64,000 nucleotides of DNA from an uncultured Planctomycetaceae bacterium. GTDB taxonomy: Bacteria; Planctomycetota; Planctomycetia; Planctomycetales; Planctomycetaceae. The translations under genes and the position numbers were made by a program. Every line of letters starts with the position of its first letter. Position 1 is the first letter of the stretch. The stretch is from contig CAWFGE010000010.1 of assembly GCA_963815195.1 (NCBI GenBank), forward strand, positions 64,001 through 128,000, in the 5' to 3' direction. Below the pieces are notes generated by a model. That model saw nothing but the letters and a program-made list of their open reading frames with translations. It was not told the DNA's origin and did no database searches. Below, piece by piece: positions 9,067 through 18,383 of this stretch.

Positions 9067-12000
9067 TTACTTCGTGCGTTCGGAGATGCCCTTTTGGTAG
9101 GCGTCGTAGAGGTCGCGGAGTTCGGGGGGCGGCGCGAAGTCTTTTGCGTCGAACAGGTCGCGCGGGCCGCGGTTGCGGACGCCCGAACCGTCGCGGCGGC
9201 TGGTTTTTGTTGTGGGGTTGTTCAATCGCTTGAGCCATTCGTTGAACTGCCGCTGCCGGGCGAGAGCTTCCGCAGTGTCTTGATCGCGCTGGTTGAGGCG
9301 GTCTTTCATGCGGTCGAGGAACTGGGACGCGTCCGCTTTGTCCCAGCCCATCTCCTTGAGCCATTCTTCATCGACTTCGCCGCGGCGGAGTTGATCCTCG
9401 AGGCGTTTGAGCGTCAGATCGGCGGCTTTTCGGCCGAATTCCAGGTTGGCTTTCTCGGCAGCTTCGGCCGACTGGGGCGTCGGTTGGGATTGAGTTGAGG
9501 GCCGATTTGGTCCGAAGTCCCCCGCCGTGCCTGCTTCGCCGTTGCGTTGTCCGGGCGTTTGGCTGCCCGCGGGCTCCCCGGCGGGCGCTTGTTGTTCCGC
9601 TTTCGAGCCTTGCGGATTGGGTTGGCTCGCGTTGGGCTTGTCTTGCTTTTGGGGGTTGTCTTGATCTTGCGGGCCGCCTTGACGCGGCGGGGCGTTTTCG
9701 GTTTTCTCGGTCGGCCGGGTGCGGGAGCCTTTGCCGGCTTCGCTGCTCGGTTTTCCGCCGTTGGGTTGTTCCGCCGGTTCGGTTTCGCCCGGGCACTTCG
9801 TGCGGTCGCCGGGGCCTTTTTCGTTGCCGCCGGGCGTGCCCTGCTGGTTTTGCTTCTCCATGCCGCCTTCGCCGTCGCCGCCCGCTTCGGGTTTTTGGGC
9901 GGGCTCTTGTTCGGGCGGGCGCGGGGCTTTCACTTCCTCATTGCTCCCGTCCGGCCGGCGGTCCTGGCGTGCTGGTTTCTGGTCGGGATCAGCTTTGGAC
10001 GGGCGGGCCGTTTTCTGGTCCGGGTTCGTTCCAGGCTTGGTCGTTTTGTCGGCCGGGTCGGCGGGGTTCGGTTTTTTATCGCCGGTTTCCGGGTTTTTGG
10101 ATTCCCGCGGATCGCTGGGTTTCGCGGCGTTTTTCTCTTCGGGCGTCAAGTCGTCGGGATCGCCTTCGCGTTTTTTGGTGGTGGTGGGGTTTTCCGGATC
10201 TTTGCGGTCGATGGGGTTCTTCGCCCGCGTCGGGTCGGCGTTGGGATCGTTCTCGGCCGTGCCGGGACCGGTTTCTTCGCCGTTGGCCTTGCGTTTTTCC
10301 GCGCCAGGATCCGGCTCGGCGGGCGATTCGTTGCCTTTGATCGGATTTTCGGACTGCCGGCCCTGGCCGCCGTCGCGGGGATTGGTGTCCTCGCCGCCTT
10401 TGCTTTCGCCGGGCTTGGACGCAGAGGGTTTGGAACTATTCGCCGGTTTGCCTTGGCCGGTGTTGTTGTCGGAACCGCCTTCGGCGTCCTGGCCGGCAGG
10501 ATTTTTCTCATTGGACCCCTTCGACTCTTGCTCGCCCGGTTTCTTTTGGTTTTCCGGTGTTTGGGAACCGTCGGGCGTTTTGCGCTGGTTGGGATTGGAT
10601 TCCGTTTTCTCCGTTTTTTCGCCCGGCGTGTTGTTGTCGGGGGGATTGTTCGCTTCTTCGGTTTTCTCGGAACCGGCGGGCATCGGTTTCTCGTTGGGAT
10701 CGGCTTCCTTTTTCATTCCCTCTTCGTCGGGATCGCCGGGATTTTCTTTGGGTTCGGCGTTTTGTGTTTTGCCCGGCTGTTTGTTTTTCTCGCTCGTCTG
10801 GCCGGGGTTTTCGGGGGATTGGGGATTGGTCTCTTCCGGTTTTTTCGGTTGGCCCTGTTGGTTTTCTTGCGATGGATCGCCTGGGTTTTGATTGGGCTCG
10901 GAGCCCGATGGTTTTTGACGGCCGGCGTCGTTCGCGGGATCGTTCTTTTGTTCGCCGGTCTTGGGATCGGCCGGGCGGGCTTTGCTGTTGTTGTTGGAGT
11001 TCTTGCCGGCGGGTTCGGATTTGTTGTGGTCGTAATGTTGATGCAGGCTTTCGAGGGCCTTGCCGTCCTGGGTGCCGTCGTTCTTGACGCGTTGGCCTTC
11101 GCCGGTTTGTGACGATTCGCCTTCGTCGTCGGTCTTGTCCGACGCTTTGCCTTCGCCTTCCCCGCGATTGCCGGAGTTGCCGCCGCCGTCTTGTTGGGGT
11201 TGCTCTTCTTGCATCGGTTGCTGTTGAGGATTCTGGTTTTCCTGTTCGCCGACCTGCTCCTCGGGGCGCGGCGGGTTTTTCTGGGGGAAGTCGTCGGCGT
11301 TTTTCTTGGAAGGATCGTTGTTCTCGGGATCGGGTTCCTGCAGTCGGCGGTCTTGTTCGAGTTGCTCCTGGATTGCCTTTTCGGGCTGCTGGGGTTCGAT
11401 GCGGATCGTGTGTTTGTCGCTATTTCGCCGGCCGGGTTCGGGGGCGCGGTTGTCGTGGGCTTCCACCCAGTAGGTGATCATGTCGCCGGTTTTCAGTTCC
11501 CAGCCCTCGTTCAGCCGCCAGTCATAATCGACGCTGAGCGAAGCATCCGCCCCCTCGTAGAGGATTTCGTGCTCGACCGGCGGATTGTCGTTGAGTTGCT
11601 TCCAGAGAATGAGCTTCTGGACTTTAAAGTCGTCGCGGGCGGCGGCGGTCAACGGAAGGATCGCATTCGCGGGCCGCTTGAGTTCCCGCTCGCCCGGATT
11701 GACGATGAGCACCTCCGGCCGTTGGTCGGGATGGATGCGGATGGGCCAGCGGGTCGGGTTGGGATCGCTGTCGCCGCGTTTGTTCTTGCATTCGATCGTG
11801 TAATAATGCGGATAAAGGCCGTCGTCGGGCGGGATATTGAGCTGCCAGGTCGCGCGGAAGCGGGTTCGCTCGGTGTTTAAGGGCGACATGGGCAGAGCCT
11901 CGGCCCGGAAGTCGGTGCCCTGGTCGTCGTGGAACGTGATCGTCGCCGACTTGAGCGGCATGTTGCCGTCGGCGATGAAGGTCACGGACACGCCTTCGTA

Positions 12001-12999
12001 GTCGTCGATGTTGCCACTGGTGCGGGTCTTCGCCTCGCGGTCCATGTAGGCGGGATAGGTGTATTGAAGCTCGACGATCTCCGCGGACGGCGGCTGAAAG
12101 ACGGTGACGGCGTACTTCGCCGAGCGGTCGTCGCCGGCGGTGATGTCGTAATTCAAATCCTGCTGAATGCCCTCGCCGTTGGCTCCGATGATCTCCGCGC
12201 GATACCGCCGGGGCATGTCGGGGAGTTCCCGCATCTCGATGGGCTCATCGACGAATTCGCGGTCGGCGGTGCTGTAGCGGAGGACGACTTTTTCGGGGAC
12301 TTCGCCGCTGATGTCGGCGAGAACTTCGAGGCGGGTGCCGGGGATGACCTGGACGTCGCCGGGACTGATTTTCCCGATGACCGTTTGCGTCGGGGCCTGG
12401 GCGGCGGACGTGGGAAACAGGGCCCGCCAGATCGAGGTCGAAACCTTCTTCGGCGTGAACAGCGTGTAAAGGGAAAACACGACCACCAGGACCAGCACCG
12501 CGTAACAGGCGCGCAGAAGCGGCCGGCGGTCCACGGCTTCGTCGACGTTCGCGTGCGACATCGAAATCGCGGCCCGTTTTTCCATCGCCGAAAGAATCGC
12601 CGGCGAGACGTTCCGCCCGGCGGCGCGGGCATCGATCAGGTTCAAGAGCGTGCTGCGGAGTTCCGGCTGGGATGTTTCAATGACCTTCGCCGCGAACAGG
12701 CCGTTGACCTGCCGGAGGTACGGCCACACGACTTTCCACGCGAACCAGCCGGCACTCAACAGACCGACGACCGAGAGCAGCACGACGCGCGCGGTTTGGC
12801 TGAACCCGTCGGTCACGAGCCAATGGTCGGACACCACGAACAACAGCAGGTACGCGAGCACGAACGCCGCAATGCACGCGAACGCGGTGAGAATGTCCGT
12901 GGATTTGATGTTCCCGCGGGTTTTCTGGAGCTGATAATCGATGTATTCGTCGAAATCGACATACTGCTGAGAATCATGCGTCTGAACGGTGCTGGCCAT
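9067..12999 (-). CDS. large membrane protein with Ig-like domains and a long low-complexity C-terminal region (DUF4175-like)
   Basis: AGGAG then ATG at 12999; 3 N-terminal TMs; YDITAGD, YTYPAY, DQRPEV, YWVEAHDNR; E/P/K/N/Q/G-rich tail ending PPELRDLYDAY. Confidence 0.8.
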   Translation of the reverse strand: MASTVQTHDSQQYVDFDEYIDYQLQKTRGNIKSTDILTAFACIAAFVLAYLLLFVVSDHWLVTDGFSQTARVVLLSVVGLLSAGWFAWKVVWPYLRQVNGLFAAKVIETSQPELRSTLLNLIDARAAGRNVSPAILSAMEKRAAISMSHANVDEAVDRRPLLRACYAVLVLVVVFSLYTLFTPKKVSTSIWRALFPTSAAQAPTQTVIGKISPGDVQVIPGTRLEVLADISGEVPEKVVLRYSTADREFVDEPIEMRELPDMPRRYRAEIIGANGEGIQQDLNYDITAGDDRSAKYAVTVFQPPSAEIVELQYTYPAYMDREAKTRTSGNIDDYEGVSVTFIADGNMPLKSATITFHDDQGTDFRAEALPMSPLNTERTRFRATWQLNIPPDDGLYPHYYTIECKNKRGDSDPNPTRWPIRIHPDQRPEVLIVNPGERELKRPANAILPLTAAARDDFKVQKLILWKQLNDNPPVEHEILYEGADASLSVDYDWRLNEGWELKTGDMITYWVEAHDNRAPEPGRRNSDKHTIRIEPQQPEKAIQEQLEQDRRLQEPDPENNDPSKKNADDFPQKNPPRPEEQVGEQENQNPQQQPMQEEQPQQDGGGNSGNRGEGEGKASDKTDDEGESSQTGEGQRVKNDGTQDGKALESLHQHYDHNKSEPAGKNSNNNSKARPADPKTGEQKNDPANDAGRQKPSGSEPNQNPGDPSQENQQGQPKKPEETNPQSPENPGQTSEKNKQPGKTQNAEPKENPGDPDEEGMKKEADPNEKPMPAGSEKTEEANNPPDNNTPGEKTEKTESNPNQRKTPDGSQTPENQKKPGEQESKGSNEKNPAGQDAEGGSDNNTGQGKPANSSKPSASKPGESKGGEDTNPRDGGQGRQSENPIKGNESPAEPDPGAEKRKANGEETGPGTAENDPNADPTRAKNPIDRKDPENPTTTKKREGDPDDLTPEEKNAAKPSDPRESKNPETGDKKPNPADPADKTTKPGTNPDQKTARPSKADPDQKPARQDRRPDGSNEEVKAPRPPEQEPAQKPEAGGDGEGGMEKQNQQGTPGGNEKGPGDRTKCPGETEPAEQPNGGKPSSEAGKGSRTRPTEKTENAPPRQGGPQDQDNPQKQDKPNASQPNPQGSKAEQQAPAGEPAGSQTPGQRNGEAGTAGDFGPNRPSTQSQPTPQSAEAAEKANLEFGRKAADLTLKRLEDQLRRGEVDEEWLKEMGWDKADASQFLDRMKDRLNQRDQDTAEALARQRQFNEWLKRLNNPTTKTSRRDGSGVRNRGPRDLFDAKDFAPPPELRDLYDAYQKGISERTK

Positions 13000-13354
13000 G
13001 TCGCGAAGACTCCTCTTGTCCAATCGACGGCGCCTGGGCCCATGAAGAACACAACGGCCCACTCTGCGCATTATAGAGCATTCGACGCGCGAAAACCCAG
13101 GTTTGTTCCGGCGGAAATGAAAATCCAAGATTTCCCGCCGGCGGCGGTGTGGGAGTTTCCACCAGGCGGCAAATTGGGGAGCTTTGCTTTGCACGCCGCC
13201 GAACGTGCCGGCGCGGATTATCGGCGGCCAACCCCGGCGGTGGGTTCAAACCTCCGGAGCGGCTCGTCGCCAACTCGGAAAATTGGTCCCTCGAGAGATT
13301 TTTTTGCGGAATTCTGTAGGGATTCCCGCTGCGTCGTCATCTAATGAGTTCAGG

Positions 13355-13945
13355 ATGGAAAACCTCACCGAGAACCGAACGGGCGATGCGGTTCGCTGGG
13401 ACCACCAATGGGACCAGCGGTGCGTTTGCCGGTACCAGGAGGGGGATCTTTCGGCCTTTGAGGACATCGTGGCGGCCCACGAAGAGCACCTGCGTCGTCT
13501 GGTGTACCGTCTGCTTGGATGGTCTGCGGATGTTGATGACGTGGTGCAGGAAGTTTTTCTCGCTGTGCTCACAAATCTCCACCGATTTCGCAGAGAAGCA
13601 CATTTTTCCACCTGGTTGACGCGGATCGCCGTCAATCAGTGCCGGGCTTTTCACCGGCGACGGCTGTTGTGGTTCAGGAAACGTCGTCGTCTCGTCCAGC
13701 CGCAGGAAACAACAAAGCAGAATCCCCAAGTGGCCGATGACTACGATTTTGTGCGAGACGCCGTTCAGACCTTGCCGCGGAAATATCGCGAGCCCATCAT
13801 TCTCCGCTATTTCGAGCACCTGTCGCCATCGGAGATCGCGGATGTGTTGGGAGTTTCCGTGGGAGCGGTTGAAGTCCGGCTCACGCGGGCGAGGCAGCGA
13901 TTGAAGACCCGACTGGCGGAAGAATGCAAAGCGAGGAATCTATGA
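13355..13945 (+). CDS. ECF RNA polymerase sigma-70 factor
   Basis: DDVVQEVF, FSTWLTRIAVN, region 4 LPRKYREPIILRYFEHLSPSEIADVLG. Confidence 0.93.
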   Translation: MENLTENRTGDAVRWDHQWDQRCVCRYQEGDLSAFEDIVAAHEEHLRRLVYRLLGWSADVDDVVQEVFLAVLTNLHRFRREAHFSTWLTRIAVNQCRAFHRRRLLWFRKRRRLVQPQETTKQNPQVADDYDFVRDAVQTLPRKYREPIILRYFEHLSPSEIADVLGVSVGAVEVRLTRARQRLKTRLAEECKARNL

Positions 13946-14502
13946 ATCACGAGCAATTGGAATCCCTGCTGCGCTCCGCGGCGGAAACCGACCCGGCACC
14001 GTTGGCGTCCTCCGGAAATCTGATTGAGAACGTGCGGAAAACTTACCAACGACAGCGGGTGCGGAAACAGCGCATCCGATTTGCCTTGGTGATGGCGAGT
14101 TGCTATTTCGCCGGGATCCTGACCGTGTGGGGCCTCATGTCCGCGGGGCAGGTTCCGGGCAAACCGGCCCATCAACAGGGACCGCAAAGTCCTGTGGTTC
14201 ACGTTCCCCAAACCGCTCCCGGCCACCAGGAAAACCGCCGGCCTGAAATCGCGCGGCCCAAGCCACTCCCGCCACAACCGGTTGTGCGGACGAGTCCTTA
14301 CGAAGATTTCCGGCAGTTGGGCGCGGAAAGTCTCAAACGAAACGACATTCAAATGGCGGTGGCCCACTACAACAAAGCCCTCGCCGCTGCCACGGACGCC
14401 GAGCTGAAAATCGCTTACGGGCAAGACGATTGGCTGCTCATTTCATTGAAAAAAGACCGCCTGGTTTCGCAAGTCACTCAAACGCAAGGAGAATCGATAT
14501 GA
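13942..14502 (+). CDS. putative single-TM anti-sigma factor
   Basis: ATGA overlap with the sigma gene; one TM, Pro-rich linker, TPR-like helix pair. Confidence 0.7.
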   Translation: MNHEQLESLLRSAAETDPAPLASSGNLIENVRKTYQRQRVRKQRIRFALVMASCYFAGILTVWGLMSAGQVPGKPAHQQGPQSPVVHVPQTAPGHQENRRPEIARPKPLPPQPVVRTSPYEDFRQLGAESLKRNDIQMAVAHYNKALAAATDAELKIAYGQDDWLLISLKKDRLVSQVTQTQGESI

Positions 14503-15365
14503 GACATTCCGATTTTTTCTTAACTCGCTGGCTCGCCGGCATCGTTATTGCGACTTTTGCGGGAGGAATTCCCCAAGCGGCGGTCGCGCAGAAGAAGGCG
14601 GATTCTCCCGAGAAAACAAATAGGGAAGTGGCTCAGGAAAGTGAAAGCCCAAGTCCCGAACACTCCAAGCAACTGAGCTTACAGCAGATGCTTTCCATAG
14701 CCCTCAAGCATAACCCGGATGTCCGCGCCGCCGAGGCGAAACTCCAATCGGTCGAAGCCGAACTCGATCAAACCCGGTTGCAGGTGGTGCAACAGATCAT
14801 CGCATTTCGGGAGAAGTGGCAAAAACAACAATCGGCCGTCCACGCCGCGGAACAGGAACTTGACATTTTAAAGGCGCGACAGGTAGCACAAGGGATTAAG
14901 GCGCGATCATTTGAGCCGTTGGTTCAAGCGGCCATCACCCAACTTGCTCTTCAGCGGAAGAGGCTTGCGGAAATCGAAGCCGAATTGCCGTTTTTACTGG
15001 GAAAAACCCCGGAGCAAACCAAGACCGCAAAACCCGATCGCCGCAAACTGATTGGCGACAAGCTGCTCCCCACGGCGGAGCAGCTTATGCAGCTTCTCAT
15101 GCAGAGCTATCGAAGCGGCGGCAAATCCGACGCCGGGGATTTAATCGATGTGCACCGCCAAATCCTCGAGTTCGAGCTTCAACTGGCCGCCACCCGTGAG
15201 GCAAAAGAGAAAGTTTTCCAGTCCCAAAGGAAGCTTTTGCAGAGCATCCACGAAATCGCCGAGGCGAGATACCGGGCGGCGCAAGCCACTCAGGCCGACG
15301 TCTTAACCGTGGACCTGGAACTCTCGAAACTGGAACTCCAGCGGATGCAGGTGCTGGGCGACTGA
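14499..15365 (+). CDS. exported TolC-like helical protein
   Basis: ATGA overlap; signal peptide; LSLQQMLSIALKHNPDVRAAEAKL and ARYRAAQATQADVL resemble OEP repeat helices. Confidence 0.65.
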   Translation: MRHSDFFLTRWLAGIVIATFAGGIPQAAVAQKKADSPEKTNREVAQESESPSPEHSKQLSLQQMLSIALKHNPDVRAAEAKLQSVEAELDQTRLQVVQQIIAFREKWQKQQSAVHAAEQELDILKARQVAQGIKARSFEPLVQAAITQLALQRKRLAEIEAELPFLLGKTPEQTKTAKPDRRKLIGDKLLPTAEQLMQLLMQSYRSGGKSDAGDLIDVHRQILEFELQLAATREAKEKVFQSQRKLLQSIHEIAEARYRAAQATQADVLTVDLELSKLELQRMQVLGD

Positions 15366-15666
15366 TGTGTTGATTGTCGCGTTCCGCGCGCCTTCGGGCC
15401 ATCACGAACTTGTCGCCGTCGTGTCCCAACGAGGTAAAGCGTGCGCTGCCCGCTCGGTGCTTTGCGTTTGCAAGTCGGCCGGTTGCTCGTTTTCCGCTTT
15501 TTGCTTGATTCTTCAGGCTTTGCCTGTTCTTATTTTAGGGGCGGAATCTTCTTGAAGGCATGAATGGGGGCGTTCCGCCGGATCCCGGTTTTCAATTGAC
15601 TTCGATTCGCCTCTCTGGGAGACCCCGAACACACCCATCGCACTGACGACAGAAAGGAACGCAATC

Positions 15667-16254
15667 ATGCTGGATCGGCAATCCTACTTCATCCGCGAGC
15701 ATGTGGGCATGCTGAAGCTGTCCGAAACCTACGACATTCTCGATCCCGAAAGCCAAGAACCGATCGGCATCGCCAAAGAAAAGCCCGGCACCCTGATCCA
15801 CCTGCTGCGGCTGGTTCTCGACAAACGCGTTTTGCCGACGAAGGTCTTCATTTACGAAGGCGACGACCCGAATGATGAAAGCAAGGTGCTGTTTTCCATC
15901 CGCAAGAGCTTTCTGTTTTTTAGTACCCGCGTCAACATCTGCAATCCCGACGGGGCGGTCCTCGGTTGGCTGAAAAGCAAGTTCTTCTCCCTGGGCGGGG
16001 CGTTTCGCGTGTTTGACGCCAACGGCGAAGAAGTCGCCCTCGTCAAAGGCGATTGGAAGGGGTGGAACTTCAAGTTTCTGGATCCCCACAAGAACGAGAT
16101 GGGGTCGATCACCAAAAAATGGGCGGGGCTCGGCAAGGAACTCTTCACCTCGGCCGACAATTACATCATCTCCCTAAACGACCAGCCCTCGCCGGGCAAA
16201 GCCGTCCTGCTGTTGGCCGCCGGCCTCGCCGTCGATACAGTTTACAAAGAATAA
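15667..16254 (+). CDS. LURP-one/scramblase-like protein
   Basis: AAAGGA RBS; VKGDWKGWNF, ITKKWAGLGKELFTSADNY. Confidence 0.85.
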   Translation: MLDRQSYFIREHVGMLKLSETYDILDPESQEPIGIAKEKPGTLIHLLRLVLDKRVLPTKVFIYEGDDPNDESKVLFSIRKSFLFFSTRVNICNPDGAVLGWLKSKFFSLGGAFRVFDANGEEVALVKGDWKGWNFKFLDPHKNEMGSITKKWAGLGKELFTSADNYIISLNDQPSPGKAVLLLAAGLAVDTVYKE

Positions 16255-16347
16255 GGCCGCAGTGGAAAACAGGCCGGAGGGGCCGCGCTCGGTCACAAAG
16301 CGGCCCTTTCGCATTTGAATGCGCGGGAAAGAAGGAAGGCATTCATC

Positions 16348-17037
16348 ATGGCACGTCGAAGAGACCGCGAAGACATGGACGAACTCCTGGAATTTCACCA
16401 GGAGTTCACGCAGTCGGCCGCATCCAATCCGGGACGGCTGTCGGTGGACTGGGGACGCTATTCCTGGTGCTTCCCGCTGTGGCCGGTGATCTGTTTCGTG
16501 GGGACGCCGGTGGCGCTCGCTTTGGCGATTGCGGTGCATTGGGCGTTTTGGATCCTGGCGGTGATCGTCTTGGTGCTGGACTTTGCCTGGTGGATGCGAA
16601 CGCGGATGCACTTCGTGGGCGGGTGCATCAACCCGGGGAAAGTCGTTTCGGTCGATCCGCCGTTGATCGCCGTTTACACCGACCTCACCAAAGGCGGGCC
16701 CCGGCATCCCGTGGTGAAAATCTTGCCGCATCCGCTCCGCCGCATGGCCCGCGGCCCGTTTCGCGAAGGCCAGCGAATCGCTACGATCGCCACCTACGAG
16801 CCGGGGGATGAAGAGCAGCCGCATTGGAAGGACACCTACCCCATCGCGGTCCAATGCGCGACGAGCAGCCGCCGCGAAATCGAGCGGGTGACCGAGTCGC
16901 TGGACGCGGAGGATTGGCAAACGCTCGACGCCGCGCTCGAAGAGGTTCCGCGGCCCTTCGAGCCGGGGCTTTATCAAATCCGCCCGGACCGCGGAGGGCG
17001 CGGCCGGCGCAAATCTTCAGAATCGCAAATGAGGTAA
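16348..17037 (+). CDS. DUF3239-like membrane protein
   Basis: two TMs followed by GCINPGKVV...IAVYTDLTKG. Confidence 0.65.
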   Translation: MARRRDREDMDELLEFHQEFTQSAASNPGRLSVDWGRYSWCFPLWPVICFVGTPVALALAIAVHWAFWILAVIVLVLDFAWWMRTRMHFVGGCINPGKVVSVDPPLIAVYTDLTKGGPRHPVVKILPHPLRRMARGPFREGQRIATIATYEPGDEEQPHWKDTYPIAVQCATSSRREIERVTESLDAEDWQTLDAALEEVPRPFEPGLYQIRPDRGGRGRRKSSESQMR

Positions 17038-17040
17038 GAC

Positions 17041-17754
17041 ATGAGGGCCCAACGCTGGCCGAGGGGTTTGCTGCTTTTCGGATTGTTCTTCGCCTGGGGC
17101 TGCCAGGGCGAGGTGCCCGTGCCGATGGAAGACAAGTCCGGCAAGACCGCGCCGCCGCCCAAGACGACCCAGAGCAAAAACGAGTTTCAGCCGCTCGCGT
17201 TCGAGGATTTCTCCGCATACGTCTCCAAGTCCCAGGCCGAGGGCGATCCGCCAACGTGGTCGGCGATGGGGCCGGACATCATCTCCACCACGGGCAGCCC
17301 GCGGGGTTATTTTTATACGCACAACACCTTCGAGAACTTTACCCTGCGGGGCGAGTTCCGCTATGTGCCCCGCGAAGAAACCCCCGACGCCGACGCGATG
17401 GCCAAATACAACACCGGGTTTCTGATTTACGTTCCCGAGGATGAGCCGAAACTCTGGCCGCGGTCGCTGGAAGTCCAGGGGCGGTACGATCAAATCGGCC
17501 AGGTGAAATCGAACGCCCGCGATGTGAAGATCACGGTCCCTTTGGATGATGACGCCGTCCGCCAGGAAGCCCGCAAACCCGTGGGGGAATGGAACGCCAT
17601 CGAAATCACGTCCAAAGGCGGAGCGGTCACGTGCTATCTCAACGGCAGCAAAATCTCCCACTCGGAACCGGGGGAACTGAAATCCGGGCACATCGGCCTC
17701 CAGGCCGAGGATTACGCGGTCGAATTCAAAAACCTCCGCATCCGCCGCGATTGA
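17041..17754 (+). CDS. DUF1080 (3-keto-disaccharide hydrolase-like) lipoprotein
   Basis: lipobox-like AWGC; NTG, WPRSLEVQ, GEWN, GHIGLQAE, FKNLRI. Confidence 0.85.
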   Translation: MRAQRWPRGLLLFGLFFAWGCQGEVPVPMEDKSGKTAPPPKTTQSKNEFQPLAFEDFSAYVSKSQAEGDPPTWSAMGPDIISTTGSPRGYFYTHNTFENFTLRGEFRYVPREETPDADAMAKYNTGFLIYVPEDEPKLWPRSLEVQGRYDQIGQVKSNARDVKITVPLDDDAVRQEARKPVGEWNAIEITSKGGAVTCYLNGSKISHSEPGELKSGHIGLQAEDYAVEFKNLRIRRD

Positions 17755-17792
17755 GTGGAGAGCGTGCGTTTCACAAGACGAAATAGGCGCTT

Positions 17793-17872
17793 GGGTGGCA
17801 CGCCCTGAGGAACGAAGGGCGTGGTCGTTGCGCATTGCCACGCCCTTTGCTGCGCTCAGGGACGTGCCACCC
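17793..17872. repeat. REP family B inverted doublet (GGGTGGCACGCCCTGAG...AAGGGCGTGG)
   Basis: two arms are reverse complements; degenerate copy at 22400-22460. Confidence 0.75.
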
Positions 17873-17907
17873 GATCCGCCATTCAGAGACGGGAGATGGG
17901 GAGCGAG

Positions 17908-18288
17908 ATGGTCACAAAGATTTTTTTGAGCTTTGTCGGCGGGCTTTATGTCTTATTGGGCCTTTGGTGCGCGGTGTTGCCCGAGCGGGCTTCCAAGACG
18001 GTGGGGTTTGAACTGCGGCCGGGCTCCGGGGAGTCCGAGTTCCTCACCGTGTACGGCGGCCTGGAAGTGGCGATGGGGCTGATCTTTCTCTGGCCTTGGA
18101 TTCGTTCCGGCGAAACGGAATTCGCCCTCCGGGCCTGCTTGATCATTCACGCCTGCCTCGTCCTGTTTCGCAGCATCGGGTTTGTGATGTTCCGCGGCAT
18201 CGACCCCTCGACCTACAAACTCGCCGCGGGCGAATGGATCATCCTGCTCTCGAGCGCCACCCTCTATTGGCGATTGACCAAATCGTGA
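17908..18288 (+). CDS. DUF4345-like small membrane protein
   Basis: 4 TMs; GESEFLTVYGGLE. Confidence 0.75.
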   Translation: MVTKIFLSFVGGLYVLLGLWCAVLPERASKTVGFELRPGSGESEFLTVYGGLEVAMGLIFLWPWIRSGETEFALRACLIIHACLVLFRSIGFVMFRGIDPSTYKLAAGEWIILLSSATLYWRLTKS

Positions 18289-18383
18289 GAGGATTCCGGC
18301 GATCAAAAGCAGGGGCGAAACAGTCGGCGGTCGCCGCACTGCCTCGCCCCAGTTGTATTTGATACTTTTTGCCGGTCAGACTT

